Shown one piece after another: positions 29,448 through 38,738 of a DNA stretch of 64,000 nt. The position numbers and the translations under genes are program-made. The DNA comes from Alphaproteobacteria bacterium (GTDB taxonomy: Bacteria; Pseudomonadota; Alphaproteobacteria; SPJN01). The DNA is taken from NCBI GenBank assembly GCA_965229935.1, contig CBDDKB010000002.1, forward strand, positions 130,178 through 194,177, read 5' to 3'. The first letter of the stretch is position 1. Each line of letters starts with the position of its first letter. Under the pieces are notes generated by a model that ran no database searches, was not told where the DNA came from, and saw nothing but the letters and a program-made list of their open reading frames with translations.

Positions 29448-30457
29448 GACAACGCCCCCATTTCGTTGGGAAAATGCGTGTTGAACCAGTGTTTGATTGC
29501 CGTAAGTGCTGGGTGGGTAAGGTCCTGACGTAGATAGGACCAGACCAAAGGTGTCTTGGCGAGATAGCCTTGCTTGCCATCACGATTTTCAAGCCTTGCG
29601 AAGATGCCGACAATCTTTGCATTCCGTTGCGCCGCCATCAGGGCAAAATTGTTGTTGAGCGTGTCGCGATCAGCCCCCACAGCGTCAGCATAGCGGTTAA
29701 TCATCTGCATGCGCAGGTCAGGTGTGATCAGGCGGCGTGCGTCTTCAAGCAGGGAAACAAGGTCATAGACGGGATGGCCTGTCAGCGCATCTTGGTGGTC
29801 GATGATGCCAACCCTGTCTTGCGGCTGGTCGCCATCTGGCAACCAAAACAGATTTTCTGCGTGGTAATCACGTAGCACCAACACAGGCTGTTGCGGTGGC
29901 CATAGGGGCTGTAACGCATCCTGCCACAGCGCCTGATAGTCCGCCTTCACGGCTTCGGGGCAATCTGCACCCTTGGTGGCGGGCCAGTACCAATCGGGCA
30001 CCAGCATCACCTCACGCAGCAATTCAGCGTGATCATAATCGGGCAGGTGATAATCAAGTGCCATTGTCTGCGGTGGTTTGATTTGATGCAGCGCGACAAG
30101 CGTGTCGATGGCTGCTTCATATAATGCGCGCTCATCCAGCGGTGTTGCGCCTAAATGGCGGGCAAATAAATTGTCGCCAAGGTCTTCCAACAGGACAAAG
30201 CCATGCTCTACATCATGGGCAAAGATGTGCGCGGCGCGGAAGCCATGATCTTCCAGCCATTGATTGATTGCCACAAAGGGTCTGCAATCTTCACCCATCT
30301 GAGGCGGGGCATCCATCAAAACGGCGGGGCCATGCTCATTATGGGATAGCCTGTCATAGCGCCGGAACGAGGCATCACCAGCAAGCGGCTTGATTTGAGA
30401 ATCCTGCCAGCCTGCGTCAACCAGAAATGCCTGTTTTAGCTGATTTCGCCCGGTCAT
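29444..30457 (-). CDS. amgK: Aminoglycoside-phosphotransferase-fold kinase, AmgK-like (anomeric MurNAc/GlcNAc kinase family)
   Basis: APH-fold motifs DASFRRYDRL and HRDYHAENLFW. ATGA overlap with tsaE. Confidence 0.65.
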   Translation of the reverse strand: MTGRNQLKQAFLVDAGWQDSQIKPLAGDASFRRYDRLSHNEHGPAVLMDAPPQMGEDCRPFVAINQWLEDHGFRAAHIFAHDVEHGFVLLEDLGDNLFARHLGATPLDERALYEAAIDTLVALHQIKPPQTMALDYHLPDYDHAELLREVMLVPDWYWPATKGADCPEAVKADYQALWQDALQPLWPPQQPVLVLRDYHAENLFWLPDGDQPQDRVGIIDHQDALTGHPVYDLVSLLEDARRLITPDLRMQMINRYADAVGADRDTLNNNFALMAAQRNAKIVGIFARLENRDGKQGYLAKTPLVWSYLRQDLTHPALTAIKHWFNTHFPNEMGALS

Positions 30458-30945
30458 GCGCGTTGCCCTGATAAATGGCGAAATTCAGCCAGTTTTTCTA
30501 TTCTATCCTGCCAATCAGGCCCGGGAACGAGTGTCGCGCGGCGTCCTGTCCCTTCTTCCTCCAGCAGGATGGTCAAGCCTCTCTCAGGGCGATCGCGGCC
30601 AGCTTTGTCGGGCCATTCGATCAGGCAAATTGTATCTTCCAAAGCCTCAAAAAAACCGATTTCAAGCAACTCGTCCTCATGCTCCAGCCTATAAAGATCG
30701 AAATGGCTGATCGGGCCGCTGCGTCCTTCATAGGTTTGCAGCAGGGCAAAGGTCGGGCTGGGCACAGGCTCAGAATCACTGGTTAAAGCACGGATAAAGT
30801 GGCGTGCCAGTAGTGATTTGCCCATCCCTAGTGTCCCTTCAAGACAAAACACATCGCCGGTTCGGGCCACCGGGGCCAGATTTTTGGCAAGGGCGGCGGT
30901 GTCATCCTCTGTCGGGAGGGGGATTGTGATGGGCTGTGCAGTCAT
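30454..30945 (-). CDS. tsaE: tRNA threonylcarbamoyladenosine biosynthesis protein TsaE
   Basis: P-loop GTLGMGKS; 163 aa. Conserved position upstream of the amgK/murU-like genes. Confidence 0.85.
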   Translation of the reverse strand: MTAQPITIPLPTEDDTAALAKNLAPVARTGDVFCLEGTLGMGKSLLARHFIRALTSDSEPVPSPTFALLQTYEGRSGPISHFDLYRLEHEDELLEIGFFEALEDTICLIEWPDKAGRDRPERGLTILLEEEGTGRRATLVPGPDWQDRIEKLAEFRHLSGQRA

Positions 30946-31207
30946 AGCACTCTCATATCCTTCCCGGGACGCTGCGGCAAGCGCCGCTTCTTGCTAAATT
31001 TCGCTATTTTCCAGCTAAACTGTGTGGGTTGGCAGACCTATCCAGACCATGCTATAGACCCGCCCATAAACGGCTGACCGCGCGCCGAGCCCGGTGTTCA
31101 AGGTTTCACTCCGAAATCTAGGCACTGGACAATCCAAGCCTGTCAGATAAAAACAAGAATAAGGCGGTTTCCCCCCACTTTGCAGACCGTCCGGAGGTAG
31201 AATTTTT

Positions 31208-32455
31208 ATGAGTGAAGCAGCTACAAGCGGCCAAACTGTTGTGATTGTCGGGGCCGGGCACGGCTCTGGTCAGGCAGTTGTAAGCTTGCGTCAGGAAGGC
31301 TGGGAAGGCCGGATTGTACTGATCGGCGAAGAACCCTATCTGCCCTATCAGCGTCCGCCTTTGTCCAAGAAATTTCTGGCAGGCGAAATCGGCATTGATC
31401 GCGTTGAATTCAAGGCCGAAGAAAGCTATGGCCCGGACAATGCCAATGTTGAGTTGAAGCTGAACACACGGGTTGAAGCAATCGACAGAACCGCCAAGAC
31501 AGTCACCACCACCGATGGTGAGACAATCAGCTATGACAAGCTGTTGCTGACGACTGGCTCTCGCGTGCGCCGCCTTGATTTCCTGCCCGGTGCTGATGCG
31601 GATGGCGTGTGCTATTTGCGCGGCATTGATGATGTGGAAAATATCAAACGCTTTTTCGGGTCAGGCAAAAAGGCCGTGATCGTGGGCGCAGGCTATATCG
31701 GGCTTGAGGTTGCAGCGGTTGCCGTCAAAAACGGTGTCGATGTCACCGTGCTTGAAATGGAAGAACGTCCTATGGCCCGCGTGACCGCGCCGTTGGTGTC
31801 TGACTTTTATCACAAGGTGCACACCGAAGAAGGCGTCAAAATCTGTTATGGCGTGAAGGTGACCGGGTTTGAAAAGAATGACGCGGGTGAGCTGACAAAG
31901 GTTCTGACCGAAGGCGGCGAAACATTTGATGCTGACTTTGCGGTTATCGGCGTTGGCATTATCCCCAATGTCGAACTGGCAGAAGCTGCAGGCCTTCCTT
32001 GCGATAATGGCATTCTGGTTGATGACTGTGCCCGTACCGAAGACCCTGATGTCTTTGCAGCAGGCGATTGCACCAATCATCCCAATGGCCATTTGGGCAA
32101 AAATATTCGTCTTGAATCAGTGCAGAATGCGCTGGAACAGTCAAAGTCTGCTGCCGCAGCGATTTGCGGTAAGGAAAAACCCTATAATCAGGTGCCTTGG
32201 TTCTGGTCAGATCAGTATGATCTGAAGTTGCAGATCGTCGGCCTGTCACAGGGTTACACAGATGTGGTGGTGCGCGGCAATCCTGACGCGCGCGCCTTTG
32301 CCGCCTTCTACCTGAAGGATGGTGAGCTTATTGCGGTGGATGCCATTAACGCAGCCCCCGAGTTTTTGATGTCAAAGCGTTTGATTGCGCAAAAAGCGCA
32401 CCCTGATCCGACACGTTTGGCTGATACGTCTATCCCCATGAAAGAGGTTTTATAA
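31208..32455 (+). CDS. FAD/NAD(P)H-dependent ferredoxin reductase (putidaredoxin-reductase-like)
   Basis: N-terminal [15 protein letters not shown] motif, second Rossmann [15 protein letters not shown]-terminal reductase domain. Confidence 0.8.
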   Translation: MSEAATSGQTVVIVGAGHGSGQAVVSLRQEGWEGRIVLIGEEPYLPYQRPPLSKKFLAGEIGIDRVEFKAEESYGPDNANVELKLNTRVEAIDRTAKTVTTTDGETISYDKLLLTTGSRVRRLDFLPGADADGVCYLRGIDDVENIKRFFGSGKKAVIVGAGYIGLEVAAVAVKNGVDVTVLEMEERPMARVTAPLVSDFYHKVHTEEGVKICYGVKVTGFEKNDAGELTKVLTEGGETFDADFAVIGVGIIPNVELAEAAGLPCDNGILVDDCARTEDPDVFAAGDCTNHPNGHLGKNIRLESVQNALEQSKSAAAAICGKEKPYNQVPWFWSDQYDLKLQIVGLSQGYTDVVVRGNPDARAFAAFYLKDGELIAVDAINAAPEFLMSKRLIAQKAHPDPTRLADTSIPMKEVL

Positions 32456-32457
32456 TC

Positions 32458-32778
32458 ATGCCTAAGATTACTTATATCGAATTTAATGGTACCGAGCATG
32501 TCGTTGACGTGCCTGTCGGAAACACCATCATGGAAGGTGCCGTGAAGAACATGGTTCCCGGTATTGATGGCGACTGCGGTGGCGCTTGCGCTTGTTCAAC
32601 CTGCCACGTCTATGTGCAGGAGCCTTGGGGCGACAAGGTTGGCAAGGCCGAAGGCATGGAAGTTGACATGCTGGACTTTGCCCATGAGGTTGCAGACAAT
32701 TCACGCCTTGGCTGCCAGATCAAGGTGACGGACGAACTTGAAGGCATGATCGTGAAAATGCCTGAAAGCCAGTTCTAA
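32458..32778 (+). CDS. [2Fe-2S] ferredoxin, adrenodoxin/putidaredoxin type
   Basis: [11 protein letters not shown]...C cysteine pattern; 106 aa. Starts 3 nt after the reductase stop. Confidence 0.85.
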   Translation: MPKITYIEFNGTEHVVDVPVGNTIMEGAVKNMVPGIDGDCGGACACSTCHVYVQEPWGDKVGKAEGMEVDMLDFAHEVADNSRLGCQIKVTDELEGMIVKMPESQF

Positions 32779-32851
32779 GCTTTCTGCCAGAATTGAAGAA
32801 TTTGGGCTGTTCCGTATGGATCAGCCTTTTTCTTTGTCTGCGCGGGACTGG

Positions 32852-33907
32852 CTAAAGCGCGATTTCGGGGCGATAGATCTCTGCCGCTTCGTCAATCGCT
32901 TGCTGGCGTTCATCTGTCGGCGGGTGGGAGGATAGGAAATTGTCGCCTCGACATTCAGGCGCGCAATCCTCTGTCATTTTGTGCAGGATCGTTCCCAGGG
33001 CGCGCGGGTCATAGCCTGCGCGGGCCGCGATTTTGGTGCCGTCCGCGTCCGCTTCGCGTTCAAAGGCACGGCTGTGAGCTGCGCTGATAAACATTGTTGG
33101 TGCGTTGATCAGCACATCTGTTGCACCATCAACATCCCCGGTTAGCCACACGATCATCAGCGGCAGGGCGCTTGCTTCCAGCACTTTGCGTGTTCCGTGG
33201 CGATTATCGACATGGGCGATTTCATGGGCAAGAACTCCGGCAATTTCATCGGGGCGTTCTGCCAAATGCCACAATTGATCCGTGATGACCAACTGTCCGC
33301 CGGGCAGGGCAAAGGCATTCGGGCCGATAGGCCCGCCATCACGAATTGCAAGGCGATAGCTTTGTGCCTTGGGGTGATTGGCCTGCAGCCGCTTGAATAT
33401 CTGGCGCAGCTTGGTCTGTTCTTCAAGGCTAAGGGCAGATGGCTTGAACACCACCTGATCCAGAAAGGGCAAGGTATCCGCCCCAATCGATTCAACAACA
33501 GACTCCGGCAGGGCAAAGGCAACCTGTTTGGAAATCACAGGCACGCCCCACCTAAAGGCCGCAAGAATGGCGCAGAGCGTGAGGACGAGGGCGGCAAATG
33601 CCAACTTGCCATGTCCTTCAAGCCACGCAACCTTGCGCATTACTTTGGCGCGCCCAAACCGCGCCAACAGATCGTCAATGGCTTCATTGTCAGGGGTTTC
33701 AAAGGCATGACCACTGGGTAGATCAAGGCGGCGTGGAATTGTGCCGATACGGTCCGACACTTTTACTTCCGAAAAAGTGCACAATCGTTGCGGCTGACCA
33801 CCATCATCCGCTGTGAATGTCAGATGACCATGATCATCTACCAGCAATGCGCCATTAATCGACGCGCTGGATTTGTGATCATAAAGCTTGCCTTGAACTT
33901 GCGTCAT
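32852..33907 (-). CDS. M48 family zinc metalloprotease
   Basis: HEIAHV (HExxH) motif plus downstream E. One TM segment in the N-terminal half. Confidence 0.7.
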   Translation of the reverse strand: MTQVQGKLYDHKSSASINGALLVDDHGHLTFTADDGGQPQRLCTFSEVKVSDRIGTIPRRLDLPSGHAFETPDNEAIDDLLARFGRAKVMRKVAWLEGHGKLAFAALVLTLCAILAAFRWGVPVISKQVAFALPESVVESIGADTLPFLDQVVFKPSALSLEEQTKLRQIFKRLQANHPKAQSYRLAIRDGGPIGPNAFALPGGQLVITDQLWHLAERPDEIAGVLAHEIAHVDNRHGTRKVLEASALPLMIVWLTGDVDGATDVLINAPTMFISAAHSRAFEREADADGTKIAARAGYDPRALGTILHKMTEDCAPECRGDNFLSSHPPTDERQQAIDEAAEIYRPEIAL

Positions 33908-35022
33908 TAAAAGCCGATCTCCAATCCCATAAAGTCAGCAAACTCTTGACCTGTAGCGCTGGTGTCAGCCTCTTCCTGTGTGGCGATAGCATCAAGCGAT
34001 CCTGTGGTGATCAGGGCAGTATGTGCAGCGCGATAGCGTGCCATCCTCACCCGCGCCCAAGGGATGGCGAGGCCGAATGTCAGGCCGATCGCTGCCATAT
34101 TGCTCATCGAAATCCAGCTATAGCGAAAGGGATCAAGTGTGGAGCTAAGCCTATGGCCGCCTTTGACGGTAGTGTTTGATAATGTGTAATTGGTAAGATA
34201 GGCGGTTAAAAAGGCGGCAACACCGACATAAAGCAAGATTGAAATATAGGTGATGGGATTAAGCAGGGTTGCCAGAATATCCATTACCTCTGGGTCCATC
34301 TCGCTTTCAACACCAGTTGCCCCAAAAAAGGAGATAATGCCGAACGTAAAAATACCACCGATCATCGACACGATTGTAAAGGCCAGCATGCCGACAAGCC
34401 CGGCGATGATATAGATTTTATATAGTGGCCATCCCTGCAGCGACAGCGAGAAGGGCAGTCGCCCAAAACGGCTTTTGCCGATGATATAATTCTGCCGCGC
34501 GCGATAGCCCAAAGGGGACAGGGTAAAAAAGCTGATCACTGTCAGGATCGGCCACAGCACCATCACATAATAGGCCCCGCCGATTGTGCCGTCGAAGCCA
34601 AAGCGGACATTGCGATATTGCGTCATGCGGGCGCGAAAGCGCAGCGACAATAATGTGGCGAACGGGACTAACAAAAGCGGAATGACGATATAATAAAGCG
34701 ATATGCCGACCAGTAGGTCAAAGGAACTTGCAATTGATGCCCCGGCCAAAACAGCAAAGGCGATCAGCCTGCCGCGCAAAATCACCAGCGGGTCTGCCAA
34801 ATAGTCAAAGCGGTGACCATCAAGTTCGGTATTGCCATAGAAATAGCGCATGGTGCGCACCTTGGCCCATGCGGAATAGATGCCAAGTGTCACAATGGAC
34901 AGGGCAATATTGACGATCCAAATGCGGAAAAACTCCATCGCCTGACCATGGAAGGCAAAGCCGTGGCGTGTTTCTGCCGCCTCATCAAGCGGCAGGTCAG
35001 CATCAATTGTCTGATCCATCAA
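33907..35022 (-). CDS. DUF898 (YjgN-like) multi-pass membrane protein
   Basis: FFRIWIVNIALSIVTLGIYSAWAKVRTMRYFYGNTELDG is typical of DUF898. Its stop overlaps the M48 start by 1 nt (TAATG). Confidence 0.55.
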   Translation of the reverse strand: MMDQTIDADLPLDEAAETRHGFAFHGQAMEFFRIWIVNIALSIVTLGIYSAWAKVRTMRYFYGNTELDGHRFDYLADPLVILRGRLIAFAVLAGASIASSFDLLVGISLYYIVIPLLLVPFATLLSLRFRARMTQYRNVRFGFDGTIGGAYYVMVLWPILTVISFFTLSPLGYRARQNYIIGKSRFGRLPFSLSLQGWPLYKIYIIAGLVGMLAFTIVSMIGGIFTFGIISFFGATGVESEMDPEVMDILATLLNPITYISILLYVGVAAFLTAYLTNYTLSNTTVKGGHRLSSTLDPFRYSWISMSNMAAIGLTFGLAIPWARVRMARYRAAHTALITTGSLDAIATQEEADTSATGQEFADFMGLEIGF

Positions 35023-35071
35023 AACCCCCTATTTCCAATAGCAGCAACATAACGCGACAGGGGTGAAGTGC

Positions 35072-35106
35072 CAAAGAAAAACCCCGCTGCCAGATCGGCA
35101 ACGGGG
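35072..35106 (-). terminator. Rho-independent terminator of ahcY (stem ccccgctgcc/ggcaacgggg, then T-run on the minus strand)
   Basis: 9 of 10 bp paired, followed by TTTTTCTTT on the transcribed strand. Confidence 0.55.
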
Positions 35107-35130
35107 CTTTCACACGATTGTATATAGCGC

Positions 35131-36426
35131 CTAGTAGCGATAATGGTCCGACTTGAACGGGCCAGCCTGCGGCACGTTGATATAGTCAGCCTGTTCCTGT
35201 GATAGCTGGGTCAGCTTTGCGCCAACCTTGGCCAGATGCAGGGCGGCAACCTTTTCATCCAAATGTTTCGGCAGGACATAGACCTGACGATCATATTTGT
35301 CTGAATTGTGCCACAGCTCAATCTGCGCCAAAACCTGATTGGTGAATGAGGCTGACATCACAAAGCTGGGGTGACCTGTGGCGCAGCCAAGGTTCACCAA
35401 CCGGCCCTCTGCCAAAACGATCAAACGCTTGCCATCGGGGAATTCAACTTCATCAACCTGCGGCTTCACATTGTGCCAAGGATAGTTGCGCAGGGCACCG
35501 ATTTGAATTTCTGAATCAAAGTGACCGATGTTCGAGACAATGGCGCGGTCCTTCATGGCGCGCATATGGTCGATGGTGATCACGTCGATATTGCCTGTGG
35601 TTGTCACGAAGATATCGCCGATCGGGGCGGCATCTTCCATCGTTGTAACCTCATAGCCTTCCATTGCGGCCTGTAGCGCGCAGATCGGGTCAATTTCAGT
35701 GACCATCACGCGGGCGCCCTGTGAACGCAGTGACGCGGCAGAGCCTTTGCCCACATCGCCATAGCCCGCAACAACCGCAACCTTACCGGCGACCATAACG
35801 TCTGTGGCGCGCTTGATGCCATCAACAAGGCTTTCACGGCAGCCATAAAGATTGTCGAACTTTGATTTGGTGACAGAATCATTGACGTTAATGGCGGGGA
35901 CTTTCAGCTCGCCCTTTTTCGCCATGTCATACAGGCGCAGCACGCCTGTTGTGGTTTCTTCTGAAATACCTTTCACATCATCCAACAGTTCAGGGTATTT
36001 TTCGTGCATGATCTGGGTCAGGTCGCCACCATCATCAAGGATGATGTTAGGGGTCCAGCCATCGGGGCCCTTAATGGTTTGTTCAATGCACCACCAAAAC
36101 TCTTCTTCAGACAGACCCTTCCACGCAAAAACGGGAATTTCAGCGGCTGCCATGGCGGCAGCTGCCTGATCCTGGGTTGAGAAGATGTTGCATGATGACC
36201 AGCGCACCGTTGCACCAAGGTCGATCAGTGTTTCCATCAAGACCGCTGTCTGAATGGTCATGTGCAGGCAGCCCGCAATACGTGCGCCGTCCAAAGGCTT
36301 TTTACCGGCATATTCTTCGCGCAATGCCATCAGGCCCGGCATTTCGGTTTCTGCAATGGCGATTTCTTTGCGGCCCCAATCGGCCAGGTCCATGTCTTTG
36401 ACTTTATAGTCTGTAAAGCTGCTCAT
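35131..36426 (-). CDS. ahcY: Adenosylhomocysteinase
   Basis: 431 aa. NAD-binding GYGDVGKG and typical N-terminal substrate domain. Confidence 0.95.
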   Translation of the reverse strand: MSSFTDYKVKDMDLADWGRKEIAIAETEMPGLMALREEYAGKKPLDGARIAGCLHMTIQTAVLMETLIDLGATVRWSSCNIFSTQDQAAAAMAAAEIPVFAWKGLSEEEFWWCIEQTIKGPDGWTPNIILDDGGDLTQIMHEKYPELLDDVKGISEETTTGVLRLYDMAKKGELKVPAINVNDSVTKSKFDNLYGCRESLVDGIKRATDVMVAGKVAVVAGYGDVGKGSAASLRSQGARVMVTEIDPICALQAAMEGYEVTTMEDAAPIGDIFVTTTGNIDVITIDHMRAMKDRAIVSNIGHFDSEIQIGALRNYPWHNVKPQVDEVEFPDGKRLIVLAEGRLVNLGCATGHPSFVMSASFTNQVLAQIELWHNSDKYDRQVYVLPKHLDEKVAALHLAKVGAKLTQLSQEQADYINVPQAGPFKSDHYRY

Positions 36427-36566
36427 CTTTGCATCCAGTCTGTCTGCTATTGGCTAAAAGTGCCCCAAAATATGCGCCGTTTTACCAGCCCTCGGCGAGG
36501 CTGGCAAGCCATATATAAAGAAATCTTTATGTCTTAATGTCGCGCGTGTTTTGGCGGTTTTTGGGG

Positions 36567-36848
36567 CTATTCTTCGCCAAATTTGTCGTTGATAAGCTGT
36601 TCCAGCGCATCAAGGGCAGCTTCTGCGTCTTCGCCTTCGGCCTCCAGCTTTAGAACCGTGCCCAAGGGAGCGGCAAGCATCATCAGGCTGAGGATAGAGG
36701 TGCCCCCGGCAGAATGACCATCATTATGAACGGTGATTTGGGCCTGAAACTGGCCTGCGCATTCCACAAATTTAGCAGAAGCGCGGGCATGTAACCCGCG
36801 CTTGTTCTGTAAGGTCATTTCGCGTTTCAGGGGGAGGCTAGCGGTCAT
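36567..36848 (-). CDS. ptsH: Phosphocarrier protein HPr/NPr
   Basis: Active site NKRGLHARAS (His-15 region). Start chosen at MTASLPLKREMTLQNKRGLH to keep the first beta-strand. The track start at 36911 is TTG. Confidence 0.75.
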   Translation of the reverse strand: MTASLPLKREMTLQNKRGLHARASAKFVECAGQFQAQITVHNDGHSAGGTSILSLMMLAAPLGTVLKLEAEGEDAEAALDALEQLINDKFGEE

Positions 36849-37251
36849 TGCCCTTAAGCACCTTGCTGGCGACAGAGATATATTTGCGGCCTGCGTCTTG
36901 TGCCGCGTCAACGGCGGCTTCTAGGTCGCTATCGCCGCGTGCACCTGCTAATTTGATCAGCATGGGCAGGTTGATCCCGGCAATCACTTCCACATTGGCG
37001 CGATCAAGCAAGGAAATAGACAAGTTAGACGGGGTGCCACCGAACATATCGGTCAGGACAATCACACCCTTGCCATCGTCGACTTCGCCCACAGCGTCCA
37101 GAATATCCTGCCGCCTTTGTTCCATATCATCGTCAGGACCGATGGACAGGGCGCGCACTTGTTCTTGCGGGCCAACCACATGTTCCATTGCTGACAGGAA
37201 TTCGTCGGCAAGACGCCCGTGGGTAACAATGACGAGTCCGATTTGTGACAT
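36838..37251 (-). CDS. manX: PTS EIIA component, mannose family (ManX-like)
   Basis: MSQIGLVIVTHGRLADEFLSAMEHVVG with the phosphorylatable His in the VTHG motif; 138 aa. Confidence 0.8.
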   Translation of the reverse strand: MSQIGLVIVTHGRLADEFLSAMEHVVGPQEQVRALSIGPDDDMEQRRQDILDAVGEVDDGKGVIVLTDMFGGTPSNLSISLLDRANVEVIAGINLPMLIKLAGARGDSDLEAAVDAAQDAGRKYISVASKVLKGNDR

Positions 37252-37372
37252 AGATGCTCTCATCCGCTGGGGGCTGTCCGAAGACAGGCAGACCAAAAAT
37301 GTTGAACCATGATTGTTTGCATGAGTTTCGGTTGGAGGCAAGCGGGATCGTGCCCGGTGACAATCTGGCCGA

Positions 37373-38239
37373 TCAGCTTTTTAATTCCCGATGGGTGACC
37401 AGCGGCGCATAGCCTGCGCCTTCCAGATAGCGTTTCAACTGTTCGGTCACAAAGACGGATCGGTGTTGGCCACCCGTGCAGCCCACCGCAATGGTCAGAT
37501 AATGTTTGCCTTCATGATTATAACGCGGAAGCAGAATATCGATCAGGTCCTGCAATTGTTGAATGAAGGGGGCATAGGTTGAGTCACCCTTGATGAAGGC
37601 GGCAACCGCGTCGTCCTGCCCGGTTAGATCGCGCATGGTTGGGTCGTAATAGGGGTTTTGCAGGAACCGCACATCAAACACCAAATCAGCATGGCGCGGC
37701 AGGCCCCGGCGATAGGAAAATGATTGCAGCGACAGGACCAAACGGTCCTCTGGCACAGCATCAAGCCGTGTTTCGATCAGGCGGCGCAGATCATGGATTG
37801 ACAGGCTGGTTGTGTCGATCAGCATTTCGGCCATATCGCGGACAGGCTGCAACAGGCGCCGTTCTTCCTTGATCCCTTCTTGCACATCCCGGTCAAGCGC
37901 CAAGGGATGCGCGCGCCGCGTAACGGCAAACCGTTTCAGAATTTCTTCATCATCACAATCAAGGAAGATCAGTTCAGGGCGCGTGCCGGTCAGGCTTTCG
38001 CAGGTTTCGATGGTCGCCATTAATTTTGCTGGATCGAAATCGCGGGTCCGGCAATCAAGGCCAAGGGCAAGGTTGCGCGCACCTTGTTCAGATTCGGCCA
38101 ATGTTTCCACAAAGCGCAGGGGGATATTGTCAATGGTTTCAAAACCAAGGTCTTCAAGCACGCCCAATGCGGTTGATTTACCTGCGCCGGACATGCCGGT
38201 CAGGATCAGCAGGGGGTGAATGGTTTTTGACTTTGGCAT
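37373..38239 (-). CDS. rapZ: RNase adapter protein RapZ
   Basis: P-loop GMSGAGKST near the N-terminus; about 288 aa; conserved C-terminal domain. Confidence 0.85.
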   Translation of the reverse strand: MPKSKTIHPLLILTGMSGAGKSTALGVLEDLGFETIDNIPLRFVETLAESEQGARNLALGLDCRTRDFDPAKLMATIETCESLTGTRPELIFLDCDDEEILKRFAVTRRAHPLALDRDVQEGIKEERRLLQPVRDMAEMLIDTTSLSIHDLRRLIETRLDAVPEDRLVLSLQSFSYRRGLPRHADLVFDVRFLQNPYYDPTMRDLTGQDDAVAAFIKGDSTYAPFIQQLQDLIDILLPRYNHEGKHYLTIAVGCTGGQHRSVFVTEQLKRYLEGAGYAPLVTHRELKS

Positions 38240-38270
38240 GATCGGGTTTCTTGTCGCCTAATAGTGGCCC

Positions 38271-38738
38271 CTAATCGGATAAAGTTTTGGCCCCTGTTAC
38301 GACGGCCAAGGCTGCCCTGATCTTGGCCGGGGTTGCGGCGTGACGCAAATCAAATTGCAATTGCGGGACCAGAATGTCGCCGAATGTTGCTTGCATGTCG
38401 CGGCTGTTGAGGTCCGGCATACGCACAACCTTGTCTGCATCGCACCCGGCGATCACAAGCCTTAGGGGGGCGTTGTCCACACTATCCCAACGGACAATGC
38501 CAAGCCCGCGTATTTCCAACAGCCCCTTAATGCTTTCAGGGGCAGTCGCGGTCAGGCTGTTGCGCACGGTGTCGGGTGTCAGGCAGGTTTGGTCATCGCT
38601 GACCAACATCGCGCCATCATCAAGCAGGCGCAGGGCGCAATCAGACTTGCCACTGCCTGAAGGGCCGGTCAGCAAAACGCCGTGGCCACCGATGGCAATG
38701 CAAGACCCATGAACGATAAGTGGTGATGGATCAGTCAT
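38271..38738 (-). CDS. hprK: HPr kinase/phosphorylase, short alphaproteobacterial form (C-terminal kinase domain only)
   Basis: P-loop GPSGSGKSD. Start MTDPSPLIVHG; this ATG lies 2 nt after the chvG stop (ATGACTGA). Confidence 0.8.
   Translation of the reverse strand: MTDPSPLIVHGSCIAIGGHGVLLTGPSGSGKSDCALRLLDDGAMLVSDDQTCLTPDTVRNSLTATAPESIKGLLEIRGLGIVRWDSVDNAPLRLVIAGCDADKVVRMPDLNSRDMQATFGDILVPQLQFDLRHAATPAKIRAALAVVTGAKTLSD

Noticed and set aside
36427-36566. Confident call of an SAH riboswitch upstream of ahcY
   Set aside because: The order and spacing of the elements I can recall from the SAH consensus do not fit. It is kept only as a low-confidence structured-leader finding pending a covariance-model search.
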